A stretch of DNA of 64,000 bases from Bacteroidales bacterium (GCA_017516865.1 JAFXAU010000009.1:151498-215497); one strand, 5' to 3'. Positions 17,198-25,289 are shown, counted from the first letter of the stretch. Notes: a model not told the origin generated them from the sequence alone. Numbers and translations are program-made.

Positions 17198-18072
17198 TGA
17201 GAGATACCATTGACATACATTCAAATGACAATACTTTATTTGTTACAGGTCAATGTAACAATCGTTGTTTGATGTGTTGTCAGCCACCGACTAAAAAAGA
17301 CGATATTGATTTCTTTTATCAAAAAAATAAAAAAATTATTGAAAGTGCTCCCGAATCATTAAGTGTTATTGGCATTTCGGGCGGTGAACCTACATTGTTG
17401 GACGAGAAATTATTTATGTTGATTTCGCTTATTCAAAAAAAAATGCCAAATACATATATCCATATTTTGTCAAATGGACGTAAATTTTCCGATTGCACAT
17501 ACACTGAGAAATTTACATATCTTGCAAAAGAAAAAATCACTCTTGGAATTCCACTTCATTCAGATTCTGCCTTGATTCACGACAAAATAGCCGGAGTAAA
17601 AGGTGCTTATACCGAAACAATGTTAGGACTATACAATTTGGCGGCAAACGAAATGGACATCGAATTACGTATAGTATTGAACAAACAAAATTATTTTCGC
17701 CTGCCACAGATGGCTCGCTTCATATCAAAAAATCTTGTTTTTATTTCAAGTGTTGCTTTTATGGCGATGGAAGATATTGGATATACCATAAAGAATAGGG
17801 ATTTTATTTGGATTGAACCTATTGAGTATATTGATTATTTACAACAGGCAGTTCTGTTCCTGTCCCAATTTAATTTTGATGTTGCATTATTCAACCTACC
17901 GCTTTGTTTATTACCAAACGAAATAAAACCTTTTGCAAGAAAATCAATATCGGATTGGAAAAATACTTTTCTTTCTCAATGTAATAATTGTACATTACAG
18001 AAGGATTGTTGTGGACTTTTTTCGACTTCACAAAGTGTATATAAAGGACTAAAAACTATTAAAACAATATAA
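17197..18072 (+). CDS. hxsC: His-Xaa-Ser system radical SAM maturase HxsC-like
   Basis: The GTG start overlaps the hxsB stop (TAGTG). CX3CX2C motif CNNRCLMC lies at nt 17254-17277. GGEPTLL is present, and a C-terminal CNNCTLQKDCCG cluster follows. Confidence 0.75.
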   Translation: MRDTIDIHSNDNTLFVTGQCNNRCLMCCQPPTKKDDIDFFYQKNKKIIESAPESLSVIGISGGEPTLLDEKLFMLISLIQKKMPNTYIHILSNGRKFSDCTYTEKFTYLAKEKITLGIPLHSDSALIHDKIAGVKGAYTETMLGLYNLAANEMDIELRIVLNKQNYFRLPQMARFISKNLVFISSVAFMAMEDIGYTIKNRDFIWIEPIEYIDYLQQAVLFLSQFNFDVALFNLPLCLLPNEIKPFARKSISDWKNTFLSQCNNCTLQKDCCGLFSTSQSVYKGLKTIKTI

Positions 18073-18164
18073 AAATGAATAATTGGAGAAAAACAATATT
18101 TGAGATTGTAGAAACAGATAGAGAAACAACAGCCAGTAGGATATATGACAAAATAATGCTCCGT

Positions 18165-18385
18165 CTGTTCGGGCGGATTTGCAATCCGACCGCAACGAAT
18201 ACCAGCATTTTCAATGCGGGAAAACAACAAGCAGTAAATAAACACAAATCCAAAATGTGGGGCGTTGTTTATGTGGCGGATTACAAATCCTTATATTCAT
18301 AGCTGCTGGATTGCAAATCCAGCAGAACGAAGCAAATCCAGCAGAACAAGGTTACTTTCTGTTGCTGAAGACAGAAAGTAACAGA
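18165..18385. repeat. Composite REP-like element (types 1, 2, 3, 3-half, 4)
   Basis: Contains cgggcggatttgcaatccgaccg, gcggattacaaatcc, ctgctggattgcaaatccagcag and ttactttctgttgctgaagacagaaagtaa. About 165 nt are roughly 94 percent identical (by eye) to 19942-20109 in direct orientation. Confidence 0.85.
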
Positions 18386-18387
18386 AA

Positions 18388-18435
18388 AAGAATTTGCTTT
18401 TTCCGTAAATGTTTGTACATTAGCGCTGAAAAAAT
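18388..18435 (+). repeat. 48-nt cassette leader, copy 1
   Basis: aagaatttgctttttccgtaaatgtttgtacattagcgctgaaaaaat matches 19202-19249 at 45 of 48 positions. It ends 6 nt before an ATGGAA start codon, as copy 2 does. Confidence 0.7.
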
Positions 18436-18441
18436 CCAATT

Positions 18442-18612
18442 ATGGAAGATAAAATCATACTATCGGGCTTGACGCTGGCTCAAATACAGAGCAAAGCACA
18501 GTATATACTTGAAACAGAAGTGAAGCCACGTTCCGAGTTGTTTCGGATTCGCAAGCGAGAAGGTCGTTTAAGCAAAGAAGTAATGGATCTTATAAAACAA
18601 CAAAATGCCTGA
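18442..18612 (+). CDS. Small ORF (56 aa), candidate antitoxin/partner of the zeta-like kinase
   Basis: It is below the ORF-track cutoff. My translation is MEDKIILSGLTLAQIQSKAQYILETEVKPRSELFRIRKREGRLSKEVMDLIKQQNA. Its stop overlaps the next gene's start by 8 nt (ATGCCTGA). Confidence 0.45.
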   Translation: MEDKIILSGLTLAQIQSKAQYILETEVKPRSELFRIRKREGRLSKEVMDLIKQQNA

Positions 18613-19222
18613 ACTAACCATTATCGCAGGGTGCAACGGTGCCGGAAAATCCACATTCGCAAAATCATTTTTGCCAGCAAATGAAACCTCATTTGATTAC
18701 GATAGAAATTTCTTGGAATATTATAATTCATTGCCTGATAGCGAATTTCGCGACGCTTTTGCTCAAAAAAAAGTAAACGATTTGTTTCAATCCGAGATAG
18801 AATTTGCGTTAGCCAACAAACTGAATTTCTGTTACGAAACCAATTATGATGAATATCCATTGTATTGGGCTGAGAAGTTCAAAGAGCAAGAGTATTCTGT
18901 GACACTTGTCTTTTTCTGTTTGGAAAACACTTCGATTGCAACCGAACGTATTTTAATGCGTAAAGAGTTTAAAGGACATTTTATCGATAATAGAACCGTT
19001 GGCGAAAAATGGAAGAAGGGATATAAAAATCTTGATGAGACATTTCATTTTTTCAATAAAATAATTGTGGTTGACAACTCCGTGGATGATTGTATGTACA
19101 AAACACTTTTGTACATGGAACAAGATTCCGTTCAACTATTAACCGAATTACCCTCTTATTTTGCAGAACGTTTGCCAAAATTGTACGCAGAGGTTCAAAA
19201 AAAGAATTTGCTTTTCCCTTAA
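18605..19222 (+). CDS. Zeta-toxin-like P-loop kinase/ATPase (COG4185-type)
   Basis: Walker A IIAGCNGAGKSTF. The central FCYETN, the later RILMRKEFKGHFIDNRTV..KGYKNL, and VVDNS follow the zeta/COG4185 pattern. The 3' end runs into leader copy 2. Confidence 0.65.
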   Translation: MPELTIIAGCNGAGKSTFAKSFLPANETSFDYDRNFLEYYNSLPDSEFRDAFAQKKVNDLFQSEIEFALANKLNFCYETNYDEYPLYWAEKFKEQEYSVTLVFFCLENTSIATERILMRKEFKGHFIDNRTVGEKWKKGYKNLDETFHFFNKIIVVDNSVDDCMYKTLLYMEQDSVQLLTELPSYFAERLPKLYAEVQKKNLLFP

Positions 19223-19249
19223 ATGTTTGTACATTAGCACTGAAAAAAT
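19202..19249 (+). repeat. 48-nt cassette leader, copy 2
   Basis: Matches 18388-18435 at 45 of 48 positions and ends 6 nt before the ATGGAA start of the MNT gene. Confidence 0.7.
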
Positions 19250-19255
19250 ACTGTT

Positions 19256-19558
19256 ATGGAAACAAATACTCGCTATTTAGAAATATTGCAGGCAAACAAA
19301 TCATATCTGCAACAGCAGTTTGCAGTTGATTCGTTGGTCGTGTTCGGCTCGGTTGCCCGCAACGAGATGACCGAAGATAGCGATGTGGACATTTTCGTAC
19401 AAATGCCTCCTAAAATGCTCTTGGTCATAGGCATAAAACAGTATCTGGAATCCCTGCTAAATCGACCTGTTGACGTCGTTCGCGACCACCCCAATATGAA
19501 CCCATTGTTAAAGAAACAAATTGAAAAAGATGGAATTCGAATCTTTGGAGCAGCATGA
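19256..19558 (+). CDS. mntA: MNT-type nucleotidyltransferase antitoxin
   Basis: The motif GSVARNEMTEDSDVDIFV matches the Pol-beta NTase signature GS.AR....SD.D. Confidence 0.85.
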   Translation: METNTRYLEILQANKSYLQQQFAVDSLVVFGSVARNEMTEDSDVDIFVQMPPKMLLVIGIKQYLESLLNRPVDVVRDHPNMNPLLKKQIEKDGIRIFGAA

Positions 19559-19913
19559 ACTGGTAATTTCAATTCTTCAACAAATAAAGAAAGCCATTCT
19601 CGATTTACAGGAATGGAACAACGATGTTGTATCGATTGATGGTTATTACAACAATTCGTCAGGTATGCAAAAACTAGCGGCAAGTTGTATGCTGTTGGAA
19701 GCAATTGGAGAAGGTTTCAAGAAAATTGACTCAATAACAAATCAAAAACTTTTAATTGAATATGATTCAATTCCATGGAAAGAAATCATGGGTATGAGAA
19801 ATCATATTGCACACGGTTATTTCGATATTGATGCTGAATTGGTTTTATATACAATAAAGAACGACCTTTCTTCCTTGTTAAATGCCGTGGAGTTTTTTCT
19901 GAAAAAACATTGA
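19521..19913 (+). CDS. hepT: HepT/DUF86 HEPN toxin
   Basis: RNHIAHGYFDID matches the Rx4-6H HEPN motif. The gene overlaps the MNT gene by 38 nt. Confidence 0.85.
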   Translation: MKKMEFESLEQHELVISILQQIKKAILDLQEWNNDVVSIDGYYNNSSGMQKLAASCMLLEAIGEGFKKIDSITNQKLLIEYDSIPWKEIMGMRNHIAHGYFDIDAELVLYTIKNDLSSLLNAVEFFLKKH

Positions 19914-19941
19914 CAGAGACAAGGATAATTTCATATATTCT

Positions 19942-20109
19942 CTGTTCGGGCGGATTTGCAATCCGACCGTAACGAATACCAGCATTTTCAATGCGAGAAA
20001 ACAACAAGAAGCAAATAAACACAATTACAAAATGTGGGGCGTTGTTTATGTGGCGGATTACAAATCCTTATATTCATAGCTGCTGGATTGCAAATCCAGC
20101 AGAACAAGG
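19942..20109. repeat. Composite REP-like element (types 1, 2, 3), direct repeat of 18165-18345
   Basis: It has the same order of palindromes and spacers as the copy at 18165. It overlaps the 3' end of the lipoprotein ORF on the minus strand. Confidence 0.85.
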
Positions 20110-20363
20110 TAGAAGGATTTCTTTTCTGAACGCGGAAAACAGGTCACGAGTAAGTCGATGTAGTTTTTCGCGTAGACGAACTTTCCCGAGTCGATGGCTT
20201 TTTCGATGAGTTCCAGGTATTCCTGTTCGGAAAGTTGCACGTTTGGTTTTTGTGTCGGGATGGAATCTTGTCTGATTGTGTCGCATTGGTGTTCCGCTTC
20301 GGAACGTCCGCAGCCGACAAGAGAGGTTGCGAGCAACATTGCTGAAATTAAAATCTTTTTCAT
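20058..20363 (-). CDS. Small lipoprotein, hypothetical
   Basis: Lipobox MKKILISAMLLATSLVGC. The last ~17 codons are REP-element sequence. Confidence 0.5.
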   Translation of the reverse strand: MKKILISAMLLATSLVGCGRSEAEHQCDTIRQDSIPTQKPNVQLSEQEYLELIEKAIDSGKFVYAKNYIDLLVTCFPRSEKKSFYLVLLDLQSSSYEYKDL

Positions 20364-20427
20364 TTTGAATATGTAGTTAAATTTGTACCTTTAAGGTACG
20401 AAATTTTGGTGAATAAAACAAGAATAA

Positions 20428-20967
20428 ATGGAACGCATTGATAAATCATTTACAGTACAATGGTTGGGACCTTTTGATAAATTAGAAGGTTTGAATGATT
20501 ATTTTAAGGGTGAAAACGGTTTGGATAAAGGTTTGTTCAACTTTTATTATTTTGAAGCGAGAAAAACAATGCGTTCTAAACCTTGTTGTTATTTCGGCAT
20601 TCACAAAAAGAACGATGGAATAACCAAACGATTGACAAAAAGTCATTCTCATTACAAGGAAGTAAAGGATTTCAAATATGTAAATATTTGGATAGGAAGT
20701 TTAGGGCGAAAAAAAGACCAAACAATAGCTAATGTTGACCTTGTGGAGACATTATTTATTCGAGCTTATAAAGATATTGTATCTGAGAATGACAGAAAGA
20801 AAAAGTCGCTTCCTGCAGAAAACGTCACCGTCATCAACTATTGGTATGATGAAGGAAATCACCTAAAACATCGAAAGAAAAATGAAACTTGCGGATTTCA
20901 CGATGTGATTTGTTACGTAGAAAAAGAGTTTCATAAGGGGAATTTATCAAGAAAGAAGGATTTTTAA
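20428..20967 (+). CDS. Hypothetical protein with GIY-YIG-like motif spacing
   Basis: NFYYFEAR-x11-CCYFGIHKKNDGITKRLTKSH followed by DLVETLFIRAY. This resembles GIY-x(9-12)-YIG...R...H...E. It is pattern-level evidence only. Confidence 0.3.
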   Translation: MERIDKSFTVQWLGPFDKLEGLNDYFKGENGLDKGLFNFYYFEARKTMRSKPCCYFGIHKKNDGITKRLTKSHSHYKEVKDFKYVNIWIGSLGRKKDQTIANVDLVETLFIRAYKDIVSENDRKKKSLPAENVTVINYWYDEGNHLKHRKKNETCGFHDVICYVEKEFHKGNLSRKKDF

Positions 20968-21014
20968 TTGAGTCAATCTACGATAATCTTCACATCGGAC
21001 ACGGCAAGGGTCAC

Positions 21015-21078
21015 GGCTGCTGGATTGCAAATCCAGCAGAACAGCCGAACAAGAGAACAAGAAATCCAGCAGAACAAC
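21015..21078. repeat. REP-like element (type 3 plus half-copy)
   Basis: ctgctggatt-gca-aatccagcag (21017-21039), then aaatccagcagaac repeated at 21062-21075. Confidence 0.8.
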
Positions 21079-21296
21079 AGGAATCTCCGATGCAATAAAT
21101 ATGTATGGCAGACGGGCGTGTAAGAAATGTTATTGATAACTTCATATTGAATGCCAGTATAATTGAAAACGATCTGTGGATTTATTTAGGGAATTTTCTA
21201 TGTCTAAGGCAAATACACAGTAGAAAAAGGAAAATTTGTTTTTCAGCTTAAACTTGATTTTCAAAAGATTTTATATATTTACCCTCGCAGAAAAAA

Positions 21297-21617
21297 GTGA
21301 TTATGCAAAAAACTCAATTGCATTCAACAGAACAAATGAGCAATGTAATTGCCAATTATTTCAAAACACAACCTGTTTTGAAAGCATGGTTATTTGGTTC
21401 TTTTGCTCGTGGTGAGGAAACGGCGAAGAGTGATGTTGATATACTCGTGGTTCTTGATAACTCACAACCAGTTGGTTTAAAGTTTTTTAGAATGTGGGGG
21501 GATTTGGAACGGCTTCTTAACCGCAAAGTAGATTTGGTAACCGATGGTTCGTTGCTCCCATTCGCTGTTGAAAGTGCAAATCGTGACAAAAAACTGATAT
21601 ATGAGAGAACCGCTTAA
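21297..21617 (+). CDS. mntA: MNT-type nucleotidyltransferase antitoxin (second copy)
   Basis: GSFARGEETAKSDVDILVV motif. The start may instead be the ATG at 21303. Confidence 0.85.
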   Translation: MIMQKTQLHSTEQMSNVIANYFKTQPVLKAWLFGSFARGEETAKSDVDILVVLDNSQPVGLKFFRMWGDLERLLNRKVDLVTDGSLLPFAVESANRDKKLIYERTA

Positions 21618-21989
21618 AGATAAGAATAGACTGGAACATATTGTATCTGCCATAGACTTGATTCTTGGACGTGTAGAAGGTATGAAATATGAAGATTTTG
21701 TGGCAGACAAGTTGCTGTTTGGCGGAAAATAGTTTATCACACAATGATAATTGGCGAAGCAGCCTATAAACTTAGTCAGGAATTTAGAGAAAGTCACGCC
21801 CAGACGGATTGGCAAAGTATTGCTGATATGCGTCATCACCTTGTTCATGGTTATTATCAAGTTGACCCTTCTATAGTGTGGTCTGTGGTTCAAAATGAAC
21901 TTTCGCCGCTTCTGGAACAAGTAAAACAATATCTTGCAGAAACCAATTGGGAAGAATGGGAAAAACAAGAATCCCAAACAAAGAATTAA
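21601..21989 (+). pseudogene. hepT: HepT/DUF86 HEPN toxin, frameshifted
   Basis: ATG 21601 opens MREPLKDKNRLEHIVSAIDLILGRVEGMKYEDFVADKLLFGGK, which stops at TAG 21730-21732. The +1 frame continues IVYHTMIIGEAAYKL...MRHHLVHGYYQVD, which carries the HEPN motif. One extra A in the run at 21726-21729 would restore a single ~129-aa ORF. Confidence 0.7.
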
Positions 21990-22087
21990 CTACAAAATCA
22001 CTCCTTTTATTCCTTAGAATAATTGTGCATTATGCATTCGTCATTGTGCATTATTTACACCGCAGAACAAGGGAACAAGGGTCTAAA

Positions 22088-22124
22088 GCAAAAACGCTTC
22101 CCCCACCTAAGCGAAGAAAGCGTT
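22088..22124 (-). terminator. Putative terminator downstream of asnB
   Basis: Read on the minus strand: stem aacgctt/aagcgtt with an inner cgctt/aagcg option, followed by TTTTTG. Confidence 0.4.
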
Positions 22125-22149
22125 CCAAAACAAGTATAAGAATGAATGA

Positions 22150-23814
22150 CTAATAACTGTTTTCGTGTACCGATTTCACCGCACGGCCCGAAGGGTCGTT
22201 CAGGTTTTTGAACGAGGCATCCCATGCCAATGCTTCGGCGGTACTGCACGCAACCGAAGGAACTGAAGGCACTGATTTTGCCGCCGATTCCGACGGAAAA
22301 TGTTCCTCGAAAATGGTGCGGTAGTAGTATTCCTCCTTGTTCATCGGCGGATTTATCGGGAAACGTTCTTTGGCGTGAGCCATCTGCTCGTCGGTAACGG
22401 CTTCGGAAGTGATTTTCTTCAGCGTGTCAATCCAACTGTAACCTACGCCGTCGGAGAACTGTTCTTTCTGTCGCCACGCAACGCTTTCGGGCAATAAATC
22501 CTCGAACGCCTTGCGCACAATCCATTTCTCTATTTTGCCGTCCTTGCTCATTTTCTGTTCTGCATCCACGCGCATTGCCACGTCGAGAAATTCTTTGTCA
22601 AGAAACGGCACACGGCCTTCCACGCCCCACGCCATAAGCGATTTGTTGGCACGAAGGCAGTCGTACAGATAGAGTTTTCTCAGTTTACGGATGGTTTCGT
22701 CGTGGAACGACTTGGCATCGGGGGCTTTGTGGAAATATAGATAGCCACCAAAAACCTCGTCGGCTCCTTCGCCCGAAAGCACCATCTTGATACCCATTGA
22801 CTTGATGACACGGGCCAACAAATACATCGGCGTTGAAGCACGAACGGTTGTAACATCGTATGTTTCAATGTAATAAATCACATCACGAATGGCATCGAGT
22901 CCTTCCTGAATGGTGTAGTTTATTTCGTGGTGGACAGTTCCAATGTGTTCGGCAACTTTGCGTGCCGCAATCAGATCGGGAGCACCTTTCAAGCCCACTG
23001 CGAACGAGTGCAGACGTGGCCACCACGCATCTTGCTTGCCATCGGTTTCAATACGTTTGTGCGCATATTTTTTTGCTATGGCTGAAATTACCGACGAATC
23101 GAGACCGCCCGAAAGCAGCACGCCATACGGCACATCCGACATCAATTGTCGTTGAACGGCGCGTTCCAATGCGTTTTTTACGTCGTCAACGCCCAGACTG
23201 CTGCCCTTAACATTCTCGTAATCAACCCAATCGCGTTTATACCACCGTTTCATTTCGCCTTCCTTGCTCCAGAAATAATGACCCGGCAAAAACGGCTCGT
23301 ACGATTCGCAGTTGCCTTCAAGAGCTTTCAGTTCCGACGAGACGTAGATTGTGCCGTCGGAGTCCTTGCCAATGTAGAGTGGAATCACGCCAATCGGGTC
23401 GCGGGCAATGAGGAATTCGTCTTTTTCGGCATCGTACAACACAAAGGCAAAAATCCCGTTCAAGTCGTCTAAAAAGCTGACACCCTTTTCTTTATACAGT
23501 GCAAGAATCACTTCGCAGTCCGAGCCGGTGAGAAATTCGTATTTTCCCGCATATTGGGCACGAATGTCGCGGTGATTGTAGATTTCGCCGTTTACGGCAA
23601 GAATATGTGTCTGTTCCTTGTTTTTCAACGGTTGGCTGCCCGACTGAGGGTCAACGATTGAAAGGCGTTCGTGAGCCAAAATAGCCGATTTTCCTACATA
23701 AATTCCCGACCAATCCGGTCCGCGGTGACGGATTTTTCCCGACATTGTAAGTGCCTTGGTACGAAGCGATTCGGGTTTTGACTTTATATTGAGAATTCCT
23801 ATGATGCCACACAT
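22150..23814 (-). CDS. asnB: Asparagine synthase (glutamine-hydrolysing)
   Basis: Ntn start MCGIIGIL. SGGLDSS PP-loop. 554 aa, full-length AsnB-like. Confidence 0.95.
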   Translation of the reverse strand: MCGIIGILNIKSKPESLRTKALTMSGKIRHRGPDWSGIYVGKSAILAHERLSIVDPQSGSQPLKNKEQTHILAVNGEIYNHRDIRAQYAGKYEFLTGSDCEVILALYKEKGVSFLDDLNGIFAFVLYDAEKDEFLIARDPIGVIPLYIGKDSDGTIYVSSELKALEGNCESYEPFLPGHYFWSKEGEMKRWYKRDWVDYENVKGSSLGVDDVKNALERAVQRQLMSDVPYGVLLSGGLDSSVISAIAKKYAHKRIETDGKQDAWWPRLHSFAVGLKGAPDLIAARKVAEHIGTVHHEINYTIQEGLDAIRDVIYYIETYDVTTVRASTPMYLLARVIKSMGIKMVLSGEGADEVFGGYLYFHKAPDAKSFHDETIRKLRKLYLYDCLRANKSLMAWGVEGRVPFLDKEFLDVAMRVDAEQKMSKDGKIEKWIVRKAFEDLLPESVAWRQKEQFSDGVGYSWIDTLKKITSEAVTDEQMAHAKERFPINPPMNKEEYYYRTIFEEHFPSESAAKSVPSVPSVACSTAEALAWDASFKNLNDPSGRAVKSVHENSY

Positions 23815-23844
23815 AATTTGTCAATTTTAGAGATTGCAGTTCCG

Positions 23845-25269
23845 TTATTTTTGTTTCAAATATGCGTCGATTGCCGTAGCCGCCTTTCGTCCCGAAGCAA
23901 TGGCACGAACGACCAAACTTGCTCCGCTTGCGGTGTCGCCTGCGGCAAAAACCTTGTCAACGCTTGACATTTGGTTTCCGTCAACAGCCACGTTGCCACG
24001 CTGGTCGTAGTTCACCTGCAATTCATCGAGCAAGCCCGTGTGGACAGGATGGACGAATCCCATTGCCAACAAAACCAAGTCGGCTTCGATAATGTGTGTC
24101 TTGCCCGTTTCCTTCATTCCCATCTTTCCTGTCTGCGGGTCTTTTGACCATTCAACTTCGGCAACTTCAACGCCTGTAAGTTTGCCGTCTTTTCCGATGA
24201 AACGCTTGCTTGCCAGACACCAGTAGCGGTCGCAACCCTCTTCGTGAGAACTTGAAGTTTTGAGAATCATCGGGTAGTTCGGCCACGGGGTAGCAGGGTT
24301 GAATCCGATTGGCGGCTTTGGCATAATTTCTATCTGCGTAACCGAAGCGGCACCCTGACGGGTAGCTGTTCCCACACAGTCGGAGCCAGTATCGCCACCG
24401 CCGATTACAAGCACTTTTTTGCCTTTTGCCGTGATTCGCTGGTCGGCAGGAATTTCCTCGCCGGCGTTCACGTGGTTTTGCTGTTGCAACAGTTGCAAAG
24501 CAAAGTACACGCCTTTCAAATCACGACCTTCGATAGGCAGGTCGCGTGGTTCGCCCGAACCCATTGTAAGACAAACGGCATCGAAATTCTTAAGCAGTTC
24601 CTTGCCTGTAATGTCGGTACCGATGTGCGTATTTGTGACAAATTCGATTCCTTCGGCACGAAGCACGTCAAGACGGCGTTCAATCACTTTTTTGTTCAAT
24701 TTGAAATCGGGAATACCGAAACGGAGCAAACCGCCTATTGCGTTGTCTTTTTCGTAAACCGTCACGGAATGTCCCATTTTGTTGAGCAAATCGGCTGTAG
24801 CCAATCCCGACGGTCCCGAGCCGATAACGGCAACTTTTTTGCCCGAACGGTTTTTCGGCGGACGGGGGACAATCATTCCCTGATTGAATGCGTATTCAAT
24901 CAAGGCCGCCTCGTTTTCGCGACACGTAACCGCTTCGCCCGTTTGTGCAAGCACGCACGATTTTTCGCACAACGCCGGACAAACACGTCCCGTAAATTCA
25001 GGAAAATTGCTTGTCTGTTGCAGTTTTGCGACAGCTTCGCGCCATTTCCCCTTGTACATCAAATCCTGCCATTCAGGGTTTTTGTTTCCGAGCGGACATG
25101 CCCAGTGGCAGAACGGCACGCCACAGTCCATACAACGCGACGCCTGCAATTTTCTGTCTTCAAGGTTCAGCGTCTGCTCAACTTCGCTGAAATCGGTAAT
25201 TCTTTCGTGTATTGGACGATAGCCCGCCTCTTTTCTACCTATCGTCATAAATGCTTTTGGATTTCCCAT
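23845..25269 (-). CDS. gltD: Glutamate synthase (NADPH) small subunit
   Basis: The N-terminal Cys cluster CMDCGVPFC..ACPLGN, the two Rossmann motifs VAVIGSGPSG and VLVIGGGDTG, and the 474-aa length fit GltD. Confidence 0.9.
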   Translation of the reverse strand: MGNPKAFMTIGRKEAGYRPIHERITDFSEVEQTLNLEDRKLQASRCMDCGVPFCHWACPLGNKNPEWQDLMYKGKWREAVAKLQQTSNFPEFTGRVCPALCEKSCVLAQTGEAVTCRENEAALIEYAFNQGMIVPRPPKNRSGKKVAVIGSGPSGLATADLLNKMGHSVTVYEKDNAIGGLLRFGIPDFKLNKKVIERRLDVLRAEGIEFVTNTHIGTDITGKELLKNFDAVCLTMGSGEPRDLPIEGRDLKGVYFALQLLQQQNHVNAGEEIPADQRITAKGKKVLVIGGGDTGSDCVGTATRQGAASVTQIEIMPKPPIGFNPATPWPNYPMILKTSSSHEEGCDRYWCLASKRFIGKDGKLTGVEVAEVEWSKDPQTGKMGMKETGKTHIIEADLVLLAMGFVHPVHTGLLDELQVNYDQRGNVAVDGNQMSSVDKVFAAGDTASGASLVVRAIASGRKAATAIDAYLKQK

Positions 25270-25289
25270 AACTCTTTAATTTTTAATGA

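Noticed and set aside
8438-21078. Whether the recurring palindromes form a CRISPR array.
   Set aside because: The copies are kilobases apart with genes between them. They belong to several sequence types, are perfect hairpins without regular spacer lengths, and no cas genes are present.
21477-21977. 166-aa minus-strand ORF overlapping the second MNT/HepT pair.
   Set aside because: It is antisense to two genes with clear NTase and HEPN motifs and has no recognisable features.
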